A DNA stretch of 59,821 bases from Peribolospora baueri. Taxonomy: Eukaryota. The notes beneath the pieces were generated by a model. It was given only the letters and a program-made list of their open reading frames with translations, ran no database searches and was not told the origin of the DNA. The position numbers and the translations under genes are program-made. Location of the stretch: NCBI GenBank assembly GCA_029717555.1, contig JAMDHS010000006.1, forward strand, positions 372,001 to 431,821, written 5' to 3'. Below, piece after piece: positions 24,716 to 37,572 of the stretch; within the stretch, counting starts at the first letter, position 1; the number at the start of each line of letters is the position of its first letter.

Positions 24716-24935
24716 AAGAAGAGACGAGTCTTCAACGGGAGGGAGGATAAAGCAGCAAGAAGAAACGGGTCTTCAACAAGAAAGAAACAAGTCTTCAAAG
24801 GCAGGGAGGATAAAGCGGCAAGAACACGTGGCAAAATGGAAAAGCGTGGGCGGAGAATCAGCGGTGGAAGATGAAAAAACAAGGAGAAAAGGGTCTTCAA
24901 CAAGAGAAAAAAAAGCCTTCAACGGGGAGGGAAGG
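24716..24935 (+). repeat. Degenerate purine-rich tandem repeat (~63-bp period, GTCTTCAA core)
   Basis: aagagacgagtcttcaacgggagggaggataaagcagcaagaa versus aagaaacaagtcttcaaaggcagggaggataaagcggcaagaa, with further (g)tcttcaa copies up to about 24920. Confidence 0.7.
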
Positions 24936-25439
24936 TCGACAAGCAGCTCTGCAAGATGGGATACGATCTGAGCAACGATGACGACATAATGCTATGGATG
25001 CGGTCTTTCTTACGCTTCGACACCTGGACTAGTTGGGCTTCTCGTCCCCTTCTTCTTGCCTTGACGGTGAACAACAGACTTCAATTCGACTTTGCCGACG
25101 CGGCCATCGCCGAGCGTGCGCCTTCTCCATCCTGGCGCTAGCTCGAAGCAGGAACAGCATACGGCCAGGCCAGTCTAGTCGCGGTGAGCTGACCTGATTC
25201 CGCTGCTCATGTTCAGGACCCCCCTGTCCTCATTCCGTGATCGTGTCCACAATGGTAATCAGGGGAGTGCCGACAAAAACCAGTCCGAGGAAGGCAGCTA
25301 GCTGTGCGCTTCTACATGACACACCTCGACCGGGGTTGATTTCCGACCACAGGTATCTACAAGACCTTTCACACGCCGAGACGACGTGGTGCCCCCTGAA
25401 CGCGTCCTATAACTGCCCGTCCATTGCGCGACGTCGCGC

Positions 25440-26910
25440 TCACAGGTTCGCCTGCTCATTTGCGTGCTCCCCCTTGTTAGCCGTGGTGCGGTTGGCAACC
25501 ATCTTCGAGCTCGCCAGTCGCTCTTCTGCCCACATGGATTGGCCGGTGCAGGAGCAGACCTAAGTCGGCGAGGGAAAGGGAAGACATGGCAAGTGAGCGG
25601 ATTAATTTTGCGAACAAAGGCTGTGGGAGACGGGACGGGAGAGGAACTTTCGAACGGACGAGGAGAGACTTAAATGCAAACTCACCGTCTTATCGTTCTC
25701 CCAAGCGCCCGCGCTTCTCGCGATCACGCCCGCCAGGATGCCCTTGGCGGCCTCCTTCGGCTCGCCCTGCTCCCTCTCTGCGACGACCATGGCGCGCCCG
25801 ATGCACTCCCACACCTTCAGGTCGGTCTTCTCGACAAACAAATCGCCATAGCCCGCCTCATCCAGCTTGAGCTCTCCTATTTCCTTCATCACGGGACCCG
25901 TGCTCTTCGCGCCCTTGCTGATGTTGCCTGTCTGAGCGACGTGCACGGAGTAGAGCTTGTTCTTAGCAGCCTCGGCGATGGGCGAAGAGATGAATGACGG
26001 ATCGCCGCGTCGGACGGTGAGGTCAATGAGACACGTCGAGTCGTTCGCCTGAATCAGGCGCGCAATGCCGTGCACCTTTTGCGAGTGCTCCGGCGACTCC
26101 CAGGCGAGATTGTCTTGAGCGTCCGAGTGCGACTCGAAGATACATACTGCTGCACCCGAGTGGGTTCCTGAAGGGCAGATAGGGGCGCAAGGATGCACAC
26201 GTGAGAAAAACGGGGAAGTATTGTCGGCCGTTGCGATGATCGCCGCGCCTCCGGACCGTCCGTAGTCGGTTTGCTCGTATGAACCCACCATCTGTGGTTC
26301 CCGTGCCTCGGACGATGACCTGACGTCCGGTGTCTTTGAGCAACCTAGAGATTTTGGATGGCGGAGCTGCGATGAATGCATACGAGCAGGGAAGGAAAGA
26401 CAAGAGCTCAGACGGCGATGCTTTGTCCGCGGGGTTTCGCACGAGCCCTCGGTGGACGCGAGGAAGGTACCTCTTACCTCTGCCCTCGACGACGACACGT
26501 TGGTCCTTCAAGTCAACGTCGTAGCGCTCAATGTCTGAGAATACGATGAGAACGGCGAGTCAGCAACATTCGACTCCAAGGGCAGGCGACCGCGCAGGTC
26601 TAATCTGGCACGAGGTCAACAGCCTGGGCGCCGGACGCTCGGCCGTTCAGCGCGCAGGACCGCGCGGCACTCACCATCCAAGGTGCGAAGCCGCTTTTGG
26701 ATATCATCCACACAGTCCTCGCACTCCATGCTGACCGCGAACTCGGTCTGCGAGAGGAGTCGCGAATGGGGCGCATGTGGCAAACGAGGAGAGCGGGGCG
26801 GGTGCGAGATCCGGAGGAGGATCAGCTAACATGGCCGTTGGTATGGGCACGCGGGGGCGATGCGAGCACGGGACAGAGTGACTCGCCTTGAACGACGTGG
26901 TAGCTGCCAT
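25440..26910 (-). CDS. CCS1: Copper chaperone for superoxide dismutase, multi-exon
   Basis: Domain I TEFAVSMECEDCV (MxCxxC), SOD-like domain II (AAVCIFE, VHGIARLIQ, LKVWECIGRAMVV, GVIARSAGAWENDKT) and domain III VCSCTGQSMWAE (CxC). Confidence 0.92.
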
Positions 26911-27419
26911 GATGGAAAGTGATGGTGATGACGGCGAGTGATGGAGATAGAAGAATAACGTGAGTAGGTGTCGTTCCTTCTTTCCTTCCACTGAGCCGTC
27001 CGTCAGCCGATCACATCGAGAGCCATTTCCGCCTCGGCCGAGAGCCAACGTCAACGAAAAGATCCCCGCCGGCTGTCCTCAGACGCAACAGCGACTTGGT
27101 ATTCGGCGTCCGTCAGGATCCGCGTCTATCTGTCCAGCTTTCTGGGACCTGGCTTGCAAGGCCATCCCGACGATCTCAGCAGCAACCATGGAGTCGCACG
27201 ACGATGATGGCCGTCAGCCAACGCACCGTGAAGTGAGGCGGCGCTGATTAGTAATCCACACTGCGACTTTTTTTTCCCGACTCTCGTTCCTTCAGGCGAA
27301 AACAAAGACCGGCGACGACCACGTCCCGACATCGACTGTCTCATCCAAGTCCACTCCAAGACCTCAAGCACCGGTCGGAGCACGTTCCGCAAGGTCTCAT
27401 CCGCGTCTCCTTGCCCGAC

Positions 27420-30400
27420 ATGGCCATCGACGCCGCCAGCATGCTCGGCAAGCGGCGTGAGCGAAATGACGCGGAGGCACGCTCGACGCATCATGGCCTC
27501 TCTCCGAAGAAAAAGGTCAAGATGCGAATGGCTGCAGTCAACGGCGACGGCAGCGGGAATGGCAGTCCCAATGGAAATGGCAATGGCAACGGCAAGTCCC
27601 CTGCTCGAAACGGCGATGGAGGGGAACACGATGCGTTGCTGCTCAAGAGGAGAGAATTGCCCATTTGGACCGGTGAGCGAGCGTCCGTCTCGACTTGAGC
27701 GACTCGCTCCTCTTCGCTGCGACTTAAGTCTTCCTGCTCAATTTAATTTTTGTTCGCCCTCCTCTCCCCCCCCTCTCCTTCAATTTCCTCCGCGCAGCCC
27801 GTAACGCACTGGTGGAGGCCGTGAGAGACAACGACACGATAGTCGTCCTTGGCGAGACGGGAAGCGGAAAGACTACGCGTGAGTGTCATGGAGGAGCATA
27901 CATTCTCTCACGAAGCAGCGATGCCTCAGTTCGACAAGGTCCGGACATGCGCGCGTGTGTTTGTCTCCCGCTGAGAATTTGGCCTCCCGTGCCTCCGATT
28001 TCACCCAGAGTTGCCCCAATTTCTCTATGAAGCCGGCTTCGCCGGCCCGCCGTCTAAGGGTCGCCCGCCACAAATGATCGGCATAACACAGCCGCGAAGG
28101 GTAGCGGCGACGTCGCTAGCCGCGCGCGTGGCGACGGAGGTGGGTTGCGAGGTGGGAACGACGGTGGGCTATTCGATCCGCTTCGAGGACAGGACAAGCA
28201 GAGAGACTAGGATCAAGTTTATGACGGACGGCATGGTGCTCAGGGAGCTTTTGGGGGAGAAGGCTAGAAGGGACAAAAAGATGGAGGAGAAGGAGAGGCG
28301 GAAGGAGGGCGACGCGGACGCAGTCGGGGAGCAACGACCGAACGGGAGCGGACCTCCGTCTTCCCCTAGCCCTTGTTCTCCGCGTTCTGGACCTGTCGCC
28401 AACGGCAACGACGTAGCAGCAAGCGGTGCGTCTAGCGTGTCGACGGGCCTCCTGGAGAGATACAGCGTGTTCATCATCGACGAGGCGCACGAGCGTACTC
28501 TCCGAACGGATCTCGTCCTCGGGTGTCTCAAGGACGTGCAGCGGAGACGAAAGGAGCTTCGTAGAGAGTGGATTGAGGGAGGAAGGAAAGGGAGGGAGGT
28601 CACGGAACTCAAGGTGGTCATCATGAGCGCCACGATCGATGCCGACAAGTTCAGCGCGTTCTTCAACGAGTAAGCCAAGCCGTCTCTTGTCTGCCGACGC
28701 CGCTTCTTCTGCACCGCTCACTCGCTCTTTTTCACCGTCGTGGACAGCGCGCCGATCCTATACGTCCAAGGCCGACAGTTCCCCGTCCAAGTCCTTTACG
28801 CGCGGGAAGCGACTCAGGATTACATCGACGCGGCTCTCAAGACGGTGTACCAAATCCATTGTGACATGCCACCGGGAGACGTTCTGGTCTTTTTGACGGG
28901 TGCGTACGCTTAAGCCATCGGACGGGCCGGGGCCGCGCGAGCTGCCGACTGACAGGACGTCGTTCATCGTGGCCAACACCACAGGTCAAGAAGAAATTGA
29001 GAACGTGGAAAAGTTGATAAAGACATACAGTGACTCGTTGCCACCAGGGAAGATGAAAGTGAGTTTTTTTGGCCTTCCGCTCGCGTCGCTACGAGAGCGT
29101 CATCCCGGCTGCTCACGGTCGCACAACCGATTCTTCACGGCCACGGCCACGGCTACGGTGGGCGTGCAGATCGTCGTTGCGCCCATCTTTGCCGCGCTCT
29201 CGTCGCAAGCGCAGTCTCGAGTGTTTGACGCGACGCCGGCGAACACGCGCAAGATTGTGCTGGCGACCAACATTGCCGAGACGTCGATCACGATCCCGGG
29301 GATTCGGTATGTCGTCGACACGGGCTACTGCAAGGAGAAGAGCTACCATTCGCGGACGGGAGTGGAGGTGCTCGAGGTGGCGGGGATCAGCAAGTCTTCG
29401 GCACAGCAGCGGGCCGGCAGGGCGGGTCGAGAGGGCAAGGGCATGTGCTTTCGGCTGTACCCGGAGCAGGCGTACACCGGGCTGGAGGCGTCGACGGTGG
29501 CCGAGATCTTGCGGTGCAACCTGATGGCCGCCGCGCTGGAGTTGAAAGCATTGGGCGTGGACCCGTACACGTTCGACTTTATGGACAGGCCGGACTCTGC
29601 GGCGTGTGAGTGAGGGCGATGGAGTTGTTGGGCTTTTACCGATTTTCTTGCTCAAGCGTGTTGTTGTTTGTTTATTCCACAGTGACCGCGGCGGTGTTGA
29701 ATCTGGTCAAGCTGGGAGCGGTGGACGCAAAGACAGGCGAAGTGACGGCGCTGGGGATGAAGATGTCCAAGTTCCCACTGGACCCGCCGTTGTCGCGGAT
29801 GCTGGTGGCGTCGGTGGAGCACGGGTGCACGAAGGAACTCGTGGACCTCGTGTCGCTTCTGTCAGCCGACCGGGGCGTCTTCACGGACTCGTTCGACGAC
29901 CGAGAGAGGGCGGAGGAGGCGCGGCGCAAGTTTGCGCACCGGCAGGGCGACCACCTGACGCTGGTCAACGTGCTGCGGGCGTTCGAGAGCGTGGAGGAGA
30001 GCGGAAGGAGGGCGGGTGGGGCGGCGGCGCGAGAGGAGGTGCGGCGGTGGTGCAAGGACAACTTTGTGGAGGAGCGGGCGGTGCGGAACGCGCAGGCGGT
30101 GCGGCGCCAGCTCAGGACGTTCTGCGAGCGGGAGGGCATCGACTGGCGCGTGAGCTGCGGGGACGAGGCGGAGCCGGTGTTGAGGAGCTACTTGGCGGGC
30201 AAGGAGACGCACACGGCGTTGAGGCAGCCCGGGGGGTCTTACAAGGTGGTGCACGTGGGCACGGTGAGTGTGGTCTTTGTCGGTCGACGAGCTTGGAGTC
30301 AACTGGGCGAGCTTAGCGGCACCGGCTTTTTTTTGTTGCTTTCGCCGTTGGGCCAGCCGATCAAGATCCACCCGTCGTCGTCGATGCGGGACAGAAAGCC

Positions 30401-30628
30401 TCAAGCGATCGTCTTTGACGAGCTGGTGAGTCCTCTCTCTCACGAGCGCGAACGCGAATGCGGCTTGCTGATCGGGATTGACTCGTCGGCCGTCCGCCGT
30501 CCGTCCTCGTCGCCCGTTCGCCGGTCCGGTCGCAGAACTTGACATCCTTCATCTACGCGCGCACCGTGTCGGCCATCGAGCCGTCGTGGCTGTCGAGGCA
30601 CCAGGCTCGCGTGGTGTCTTTGGAATAG
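27420..30628 (+). CDS. DEAH-box RNA helicase (Dhr2/DHX33/Prh1-like), multi-exon
   Basis: [65 protein letters not shown], an HA2 domain ([17 protein letters not shown]) and an OB-fold (IHPSS). The short N-terminus without an S1 domain argues against Prp22. Confidence 0.9.
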
Positions 30629-30860
30629 ATGCGGGTAGACGTTTCGGTCGTCGGTCGTTGGTCGTTGCTCTCTGCTCGCTGTGCCCTTCTCCGTCGGATC
30701 GGATCGGATTGGATCGCATGCATCCACCCAGTCGTCCATTCATTCACTCGTGCCCTCTTCCATGCTGCATTCCTTGCTTCCTTGCTTCGTTCATCCATCC
30801 GTCTGTCCATTCACCAACGGACGTACGGATACGAGATTGGCGGCGTTGAGGAAGCATGCA

Positions 30861-30893
<33 letters not shown>
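30861..30893 (+). repeat. (TGTC)n microsatellite
   Basis: Direct reading of about 8 tandem tgtc units. Confidence 0.9.
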
Positions 30894-30895
<2 letters not shown>

Positions 30896-31938
30896 GCTGC
30901 CGTCATAATACGATACGATGGTGCTCGACTGGAGTAGCGAAGAGCGAAGTGGTGGGCGCCGGCTGACTCAGCGGTGGGGGGTCACGACGATTGGGTTAGG
31001 CCCCGACGGGTTGAAAGAGGAAGTGGAGCGGGAGAAGGGAGGTATTTATTCTTGCTTGCCTTGCGTCGTTGAAATACGGAATGGGATTTGCGTGTCTCGT
31101 ACCCTCTCGTTGTCTCTCGTTGCTCGAAGTCGCCTCGGAGACGAGATGTGTGTGTCTCTCATCTTCGCCTTCGCTGGCTTTGGCTTTGGCTTTGGCTTGG
31201 CTTGGCTGGCGGGCTGCATCGCTCGCGGGTCGCCGATGGCGCTCCACTCCGCTCGGCAGCATTGCCGCAGCAGCAAGTTGCCGCAGCCAGCCAGCAGTCG
31301 CTCGCTAGGCCGTCGGCCCGTCAACGTCGTTCGTTCGCCTCCGTCAGCCCATCCATCCATCCGCCTTCCTTCCTTCCTCCATCCATCATCATCCCACCCC
31401 TCCGTCACCTTCCGTCCCTCCTTCCGTCGTCCCGTCTTGTCCGACGCTCACGACCGACCACCGCCGACCGCCGGTGACTGCGACGGCGACGGCGACCGAC
31501 GAACGACCAACGACCGACGAACGACGACCGACGACTGCTGGACGACCCCACGGCCGGCGACTACCACCACCACCACCACCGCCCCGTGTCTTCCGCCAAC
31601 GTCGCTCGACTTGCCGGGAAGACGAGGAATAGGATCCTCTCCTTCTTCCCCATTCTTATTCCCATTCCCATTCCTAACCCTCCTTCCCTTCCTTTCTCAC
31701 TCCCTCTGCCACGCCCTCTTCAAAACCCACATGCTTGCCCCGACTCGGTGACCAAACTCAACCCTCCGCTCCTGCCAGCTGACGACCCACTTCCGACGAT
31801 CTCCATCTCCATCTCCATCTCCATCTCGCCTCCTTTTGCTTGCCTTGCCCTATTCCTCTCCTATCCCCGCGCTCAACGCCCACGCTGCCGTCACACCACC
31901 CACGTCCGCCTTCATCGCCGCACACGCTCACGCTTGCC

Positions 31939-34900
31939 ATGGCCGACGGACGGGGTGAGCGGGGTCGCGTGAGCGCCGCCCGTCCTTCCTTCCTCATCTG
32001 ACACCATCTCTCTTCCCCTCTAGAACACTCCTCCTTCATCTCCGCCCGCTACGCCAACGGCATCCTTTCCGACGTCCGACCCACCCGCATCCACACCGAC
32101 ACCCTCTTCTATCTCAACGCCTACCTCGATGAGCTCCTCCTTCTCATCCTCACCTCCGCCCGCTCCCTCGCGACGGACCGCATAAAAACCGACGGCCTGC
32201 TCAAGGTCCTCAACAACGCCATCGGCAAGAACGCCGTGCTCGAAGCAGAACTCGAACTCCGCTCCTACTACAATGACAAGAGGCAGGGCGGCGGCGCTGT
32301 ACCGCTCATGATCAGCGCCGGCAGCAGGTGGGACGGTACGTCGGAGTGGCCCGTAGGTCAGGCCTTTGACATGGTGCGTCCTTCTTCTCCGAGGCTCAGT
32401 CGTCATCGTCGTTGTCGTTGTCGTCGTTGTCGTCGTCGTCGTTGTCGTCCTCGTCGTCGTCCTCCTCCTCCTCCTCGCTCCATCCCCTTCCCCTCCTCTC
32501 CCCGCTGACGACACTCCACACATCCTTCTTTCTTTCCCAGCTCCGTCTCCGCTGTCAGTATTACTCCACCCTCGGCGACCGCAACGAAGACGAGGCGGAA
32601 GCCTTCGCCGGCGATCAGCCCATCACCAACGCCAACGGTCAGACCATCGCTACCGTCACCCCCGGCGTCGCTATCTACGTCACCGCCCTCCTCGAGTTCG
32701 TAGGCGAGTACGTACTCCAGAACGTGTCCCGCGTCATCGAGCGCGACAACGCCAATTCCGCCCGTCTCGTCGACCTCTTCAACGCGTTCATCGAGGACGA
32801 GTCGCTCGCCGGTCTTTTCAACCGCATGCGCGTCAAGCGCTCCATCGAGGACCGTCTTCGCGCCGAGGACGCCCGCCGCCCCCGCCGCGCCACCAAGGAC
32901 GGCGCCGCCCCCGCCGTCGGCGTCGCACAGCCTTGGCATGTCCCCGACGAGGACGAGTACGACCAGGCGATATCGCCCGTGTGGAGAGGCGCCCGCGCGA
33001 GCAAGTCGCCCCCGCCCCCGCCTCTCGCTCGCTCCCGCGAGGGCTCCCTCGTCAGTTCGTCCAACGCCCACTCGCCCTCCGCCTACTCTCCCACTGGACC
33101 CAGGCGCGCCGGCACCCGCGACAGCCAGGACGGCCAGTCCGCCGCTTTCGGCAGCTTCTCCACCAGCCTCTTGAGCGGCAGCACCGCCGGTCACAGCTCG
33201 AGCACCAGCCCCACCTCGTACAACACTCACCTCGGCTCCGCCGGCGCCGGCGCCGGCGCCGGCCCAGGCATGGGCCCGAGCAGCCCGCCGGGGAGCATGC
33301 AGTCCCACTCGGTCAGCTTCACGGGCTCCGCCGAGTCCGGCCCCGGCTCGCCTCCCTTGTCCGCGCTGTCGCGGGCAGAGAGTGCGAGGCGGAGCTCGGA
33401 CAAGGGTGCGGGCGTGTTTGGCAAGCTCCTCGGTGGCGGCGGTCCTTCGTCTTCCTCCTCCTCCTCCGCCATTAACAGTGGCAGTGGAGCGGGCGCTGGC
33501 GTGGGAGGCGGCCCGGGAGGGGGAGCGATGGCAGGCGAAGACAAGCCGGGCGGCGTGCGCAGGCGGGGCAGCGTCAAGGCCTTGGGCTCCGGTGCGGCGA
33601 GGCTCAGCAAGGAGGCCGCGCGGGGACATGGCGCAGCGATGAGCGTCGACACGATCAAGTCCGACGGCCCGAACGGGTCGAAGTCGAACGAGGAGGATGT
33701 GAGTGGGCGGCCGACCGACGCTAGGCGAGAAAGGGCCTCCGAGATGTTGCTCACCGACTGTTTTATCCCTCCCTCGGAAATTCGACAGGACTTTGAGGCA
33801 CTCATGATGTCCGGACAGACGATGAAGGTGTCTCTGACCCCTAACCGTCTTCGCACCATCGAGATCCACGAAAGAGAAGCACAGGCGAAGAAGCTAGCCC
33901 GACGACGGCCCGGAGCGCTCGACTCAATCAGGTCCAACTCGGATATCTCCCTCGTCCCTTCGTCTCGCCGCTCGCCCAATCAGTCCAAGCTCATCCCTCG
34001 CGGCCCGTCCTCGCCCGACCCGGCCGCCCTTTCGGCCAACGGCGAGATGCAGTCGCACGAGGCGGAACCCCAGGAGACCCTCCAAGACATCCTCTCCCAG
34101 CCTCCCCCGTGGACCGACCAGACTTCCGGCGCACTGGCGCCGGCCCTACCGACCAAGTCGCCCGCGCGCTCCGCCACGATGCCCTTGAGCCCCACCAGCC
34201 CCACCGGTGCCACCGATGTGGCCAAGGCGGTCAGATCACCCGGTGCGAGCCGGACCTCCTTCCCCGCGCCGCCGCCGTCGGCCAGCGATCGCAAACCTCC
34301 GCCCGCCCCTCCCGCGCATGCTCCCGCGCCACTGCCGTCGCCGGCTTCGGGCGAAGCCGGCGACGATATGGACCTCGACATGGACCTCGACGATGACGAC
34401 GATGACCTCGGTCTCGGACCCGTCAAACCCAAACGCAAGGCCGGCATCCCCGGCATGTCCATCAGCGCCATCCGCGCCCGCGTCGAGCCGAGAGACGAGC
34501 GCACGAGGTCCGAGTCCAACCGGGACCTTCTCGAGTTCTTGAGCAGCCCCCCGCCCGGCAGCGATTCGCCTCTTTCCCCGGATCGGGACGAACGGAGGTC
34601 GTCCATGTCGTCCTCCGTCGGCGGAACCACAACGGGAACCGCTACCGGAACTGCAGCCGCAGCCGGATCTGGTTCGCGCAAGTCCACGAGTAGGTTCCGA
34701 AACCTGGTCGGCAAGTTCAGCAAGGGAACGAGCGACGGCACCACGACGCCGTCCGATCTTGGCAGTCCCAAGTCCCTCACCAGTGGCGCCGTCGGCGGTG
34801 GGTTCAGCTTGCGCAGCCGGACGAGCTCGGTGAACGAGAGCGTGGACAACCTCAGTCTCGGTCCCGGTTCGGTATCGTCGCGCTCGGCCGTCGGCGGAGG

Positions 34901-36542
34901 CGCCGAACACGGTCCACCCATGAGCCACTCGGCGAGACAAGCGGCGAGTTTGGGAAAGAGCTTTGCCGGCTCCGCACGCACTGGCAGTATCTCGAGCCAG
35001 AATCATCACCACCACTACCAGCAGCAGCAGCAGCAGTACGGTCTGTCGGGCCACTCCAAGAACCGCTCGCTGGCGCCGTCCGTCGGATCTATCAAGTCGG
35101 CTCAGACGCTAGAGTCAGACTTGGGCGGCGCCTACGCCAACCCGCTCGCTTCCTCCCCGCCGTCCACCAGGCCGACGCCTCCTCCGGCGCCCGCCAACAG
35201 GCTTCCGCTCTCGTACGCGCTCTCCAAGACGCCTACCCTCTCCGATCCGCACCCGGACCGTTTCCCAGGCCTGACCCACGCCGGATCCGAGTCGCCCGCC
35301 GCCGAGGTGGCGGCAGCAGCACACTCCGGTGAGCCCGAGCCGGACGAGGGCGCGTATACGCCCACGCCCACGCACTCGTCCACGGCGTTGGCCGACGGCC
35401 AATTGCCGTCGTCCCGCGTGGGCGTCGGCGTCGGCGTGCGCGAGCGCACCACCACCCAGGCCACCCTCCTCGCTGCCGCCGCGAGGGCGGCGGCGGTCCA
35501 GGGCCTCGGAAACGGTGTGCCCATCGGTGCCGGGACGGCGGCGGCGGGAGGGGCCTACCCATACGCGCCACCGGTGGCCGCCGCCGCGGACGCGGTCAAG
35601 GCGCAGCAGCAAGAAAACGTGCGCGCGGCGTCGTTCGAGCTCTCCGAGGCGTCGCCGAGCGCTTCGGGCTTTGAGATCATCGATCCCCCTGTGTCCTTCT
35701 CGCCCGTCGAGCATCAGCACCGCAGTCGCTCGTCGTCGCTCGTCAGGAGCTTGTACGAGCTGGAGGCGCTCATGCGCACTGCGAGAAGCGCTGCCGACTG
35801 CAGGGCGTTGTTGCACGAGATGATGGGCAGGGAGGGGCTGGACGCGGCGGAAGAGGAGGAGAAAGGGAAGAAGGAGGAGGAGGAGGAGGAGGAGGAGCGC
35901 TTGTTGAGCGGCGGGCCCGCCGCGAACGGTGCTGGTGCGACGCTCGGCAAGCTCCCGCCTTCCAAATCGTCTGCCGCCGCTGTCGCCGCCGCCGCCGCCG
36001 CCGCCACCGTCGGTGCTACCGTGCCGGAGTTGGAGCCGGAGGAGGAAGACCAGGAGCGGGAACCTATCGGAGGGTGGCCGCATCACAACCTCGTCGTCGG
36101 ATGGCTGCTCGGCGGCGACGAGTCGCCGGTCGTCGAGTCGGAGTTGGCCGCCCCGGCCAACGGAAAGGGCGTCGTCGGCAGGCGCTCGTCCACGGCCGGC
36201 GCGGCTCGCAAGGCGCGACGGGCCGGGTCCGGGGCCGGGGCGGAGGACGATGAGGAAGCGGGCGCGGAGGCGGACGTGGACACGGACGCTGACGAAGCGT
36301 CCGGCCTCGACCTCGATCGTACCGGCGGCGGCGTCGGCGGCGGCGTCGTCGGTGCGGGTAGCAGCAGCGCCATCGCCTCAGGCGGCTCCGGAGCGACGAG
36401 CCCGGAGAAGGGAGCGAGGATGAGCCTGGGCGACGAGGCGAGCGGCGTATCCTCGTACACGGACGCCGTCGCGGGCGACGACGACAACGATGACGAGGAG
36501 CAGCAGCAGAGCGAGCGCGACGAGGTGATCGTCGATGCGTAG
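31939..36542 (+). CDS. Large uncharacterised protein: N-terminal histone-fold-like region plus a long disordered S/P/A/G-rich C-terminus
   Basis: ATG 31939 (MADGR), introns at about 31955-32023 and 32374-32540 and probably about 33699-33788. The spliced N-terminus reads ..FISARYANGILSDVRPTRIHTDTLFYLNAYLDELLLLIL..AVLEAELELRSYY..GVAIYVTALLEFVGEYVLQNVSRVIERDN...LFNAFIEDESLAGLF. A conserved-looking DFEALMMSGQTMKVSLTPNRLRTIE motif follows. Confidence 0.8.
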
Positions 36543-37572
36543 TCGTCCTCCGACGCTCAACGGACTGCTGAGGGAACGCTTGACGTGGCTGCCGGTACTA
36601 GCGCGCCTGCGAGCATGCGTGCCCGACACTGTCTGTCTGTCCGTCCGTCCGTGTCCGTCCGTGTTTCGCCCCCGTTCATCGGTGCGCTTACGTGGCGAGC
36701 GAGCGGAGCGTCTCGGTCCCGCGGCCGCTGCTGTCCGCTTTTTAGTCTCGTTTCTTCTTGCCTCCTTCCCTCCTTTCTTTCTTTTCCCCGTCTTTCCCGT
36801 CTTCCCTTTTTTATTCATATCACTCCCGTCCCTCCCTCCCTACTTCCCTCCTTTCCCTGCTCCGTATACGCCCCTTGGGCCATATACCCGTCTATCTTTT
36901 CCTCTCCCGTCTTCGATCGGTCGATGGATGGATCAGATTTGCTCATTTCGTACCAGGCAGCCCCGGATATGTTTGCCTCTTCTCTCGCCCTTACCGCTAT
37001 TTTCCCATCCTGGTCGAGCCCCTGGTCCGCCTCGCCTCGCCTCGCCTCGTTTCCTTTCCTTTCGCGTTCGTCGATCCCCCGAGGCTTTCGTCTTCGTCGC
37101 CTTGGTCCTGTCTTGTCTGTCCTGCACCGACTCGCCTTCCCTCCTTCGTCTCCTTCTTTCTTCGTTCTTCGCTTTTTCACTTGTCACTGGGGATATTTGG
37201 CTGGTCGGTTCGATTCGCTGTCCGTCTTCCCTCCCCCCGCCTCTCCTTTTGGTTGGAAACGATCCCGCCCCACTTGCCTGTCTATCTGCCTGCCTGCTTG
37301 CCTTGCTTGCTTCCCCTCCCTCCCTCTTCTACCCCCCTTGATCGCTTCTGCTTTTTTTGGTATGCCCCTCGTGCAAGCCTTCATTTCTTCGCTCTAATCG
37401 TCCGCCTCGTCCGTCCCACGCCGTCTACTCCGCTTGAGCCGGCGCACCCGCCGGGTAGGAGCGATGGACGACGAAGGAGACACAGGTGATCTGCGTCATA
37501 AGACGACATGACATCAACGACAGGGAGTGGGGTCCATCTCCATAAGCGGACGCATAGGTCAATGTCGCGTGA

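Noticed and set aside
24716..24935. Spaced repeats as a possible CRISPR-like array
   Set aside because: Eukaryotic context, irregular and degenerate units, no unique constant-length spacers and no cas genes.
25310..25470. Plus-strand stretch loosely resembling an integrase H2C2 region (LHDTP..GIYKTFH..RR)
   Set aside because: It needs frameshifts, lies opposite in orientation to the gypsy remnant, and overlaps the CCS1 stop/3' UTR. Similarity is too weak.
32403..36487. Many long antisense or alternative-frame ORFs over the large gene, and similarly over other genes
   Set aside because: Expected shadow ORFs in high-GC coding DNA: low-complexity R/G/A-rich products without motifs.
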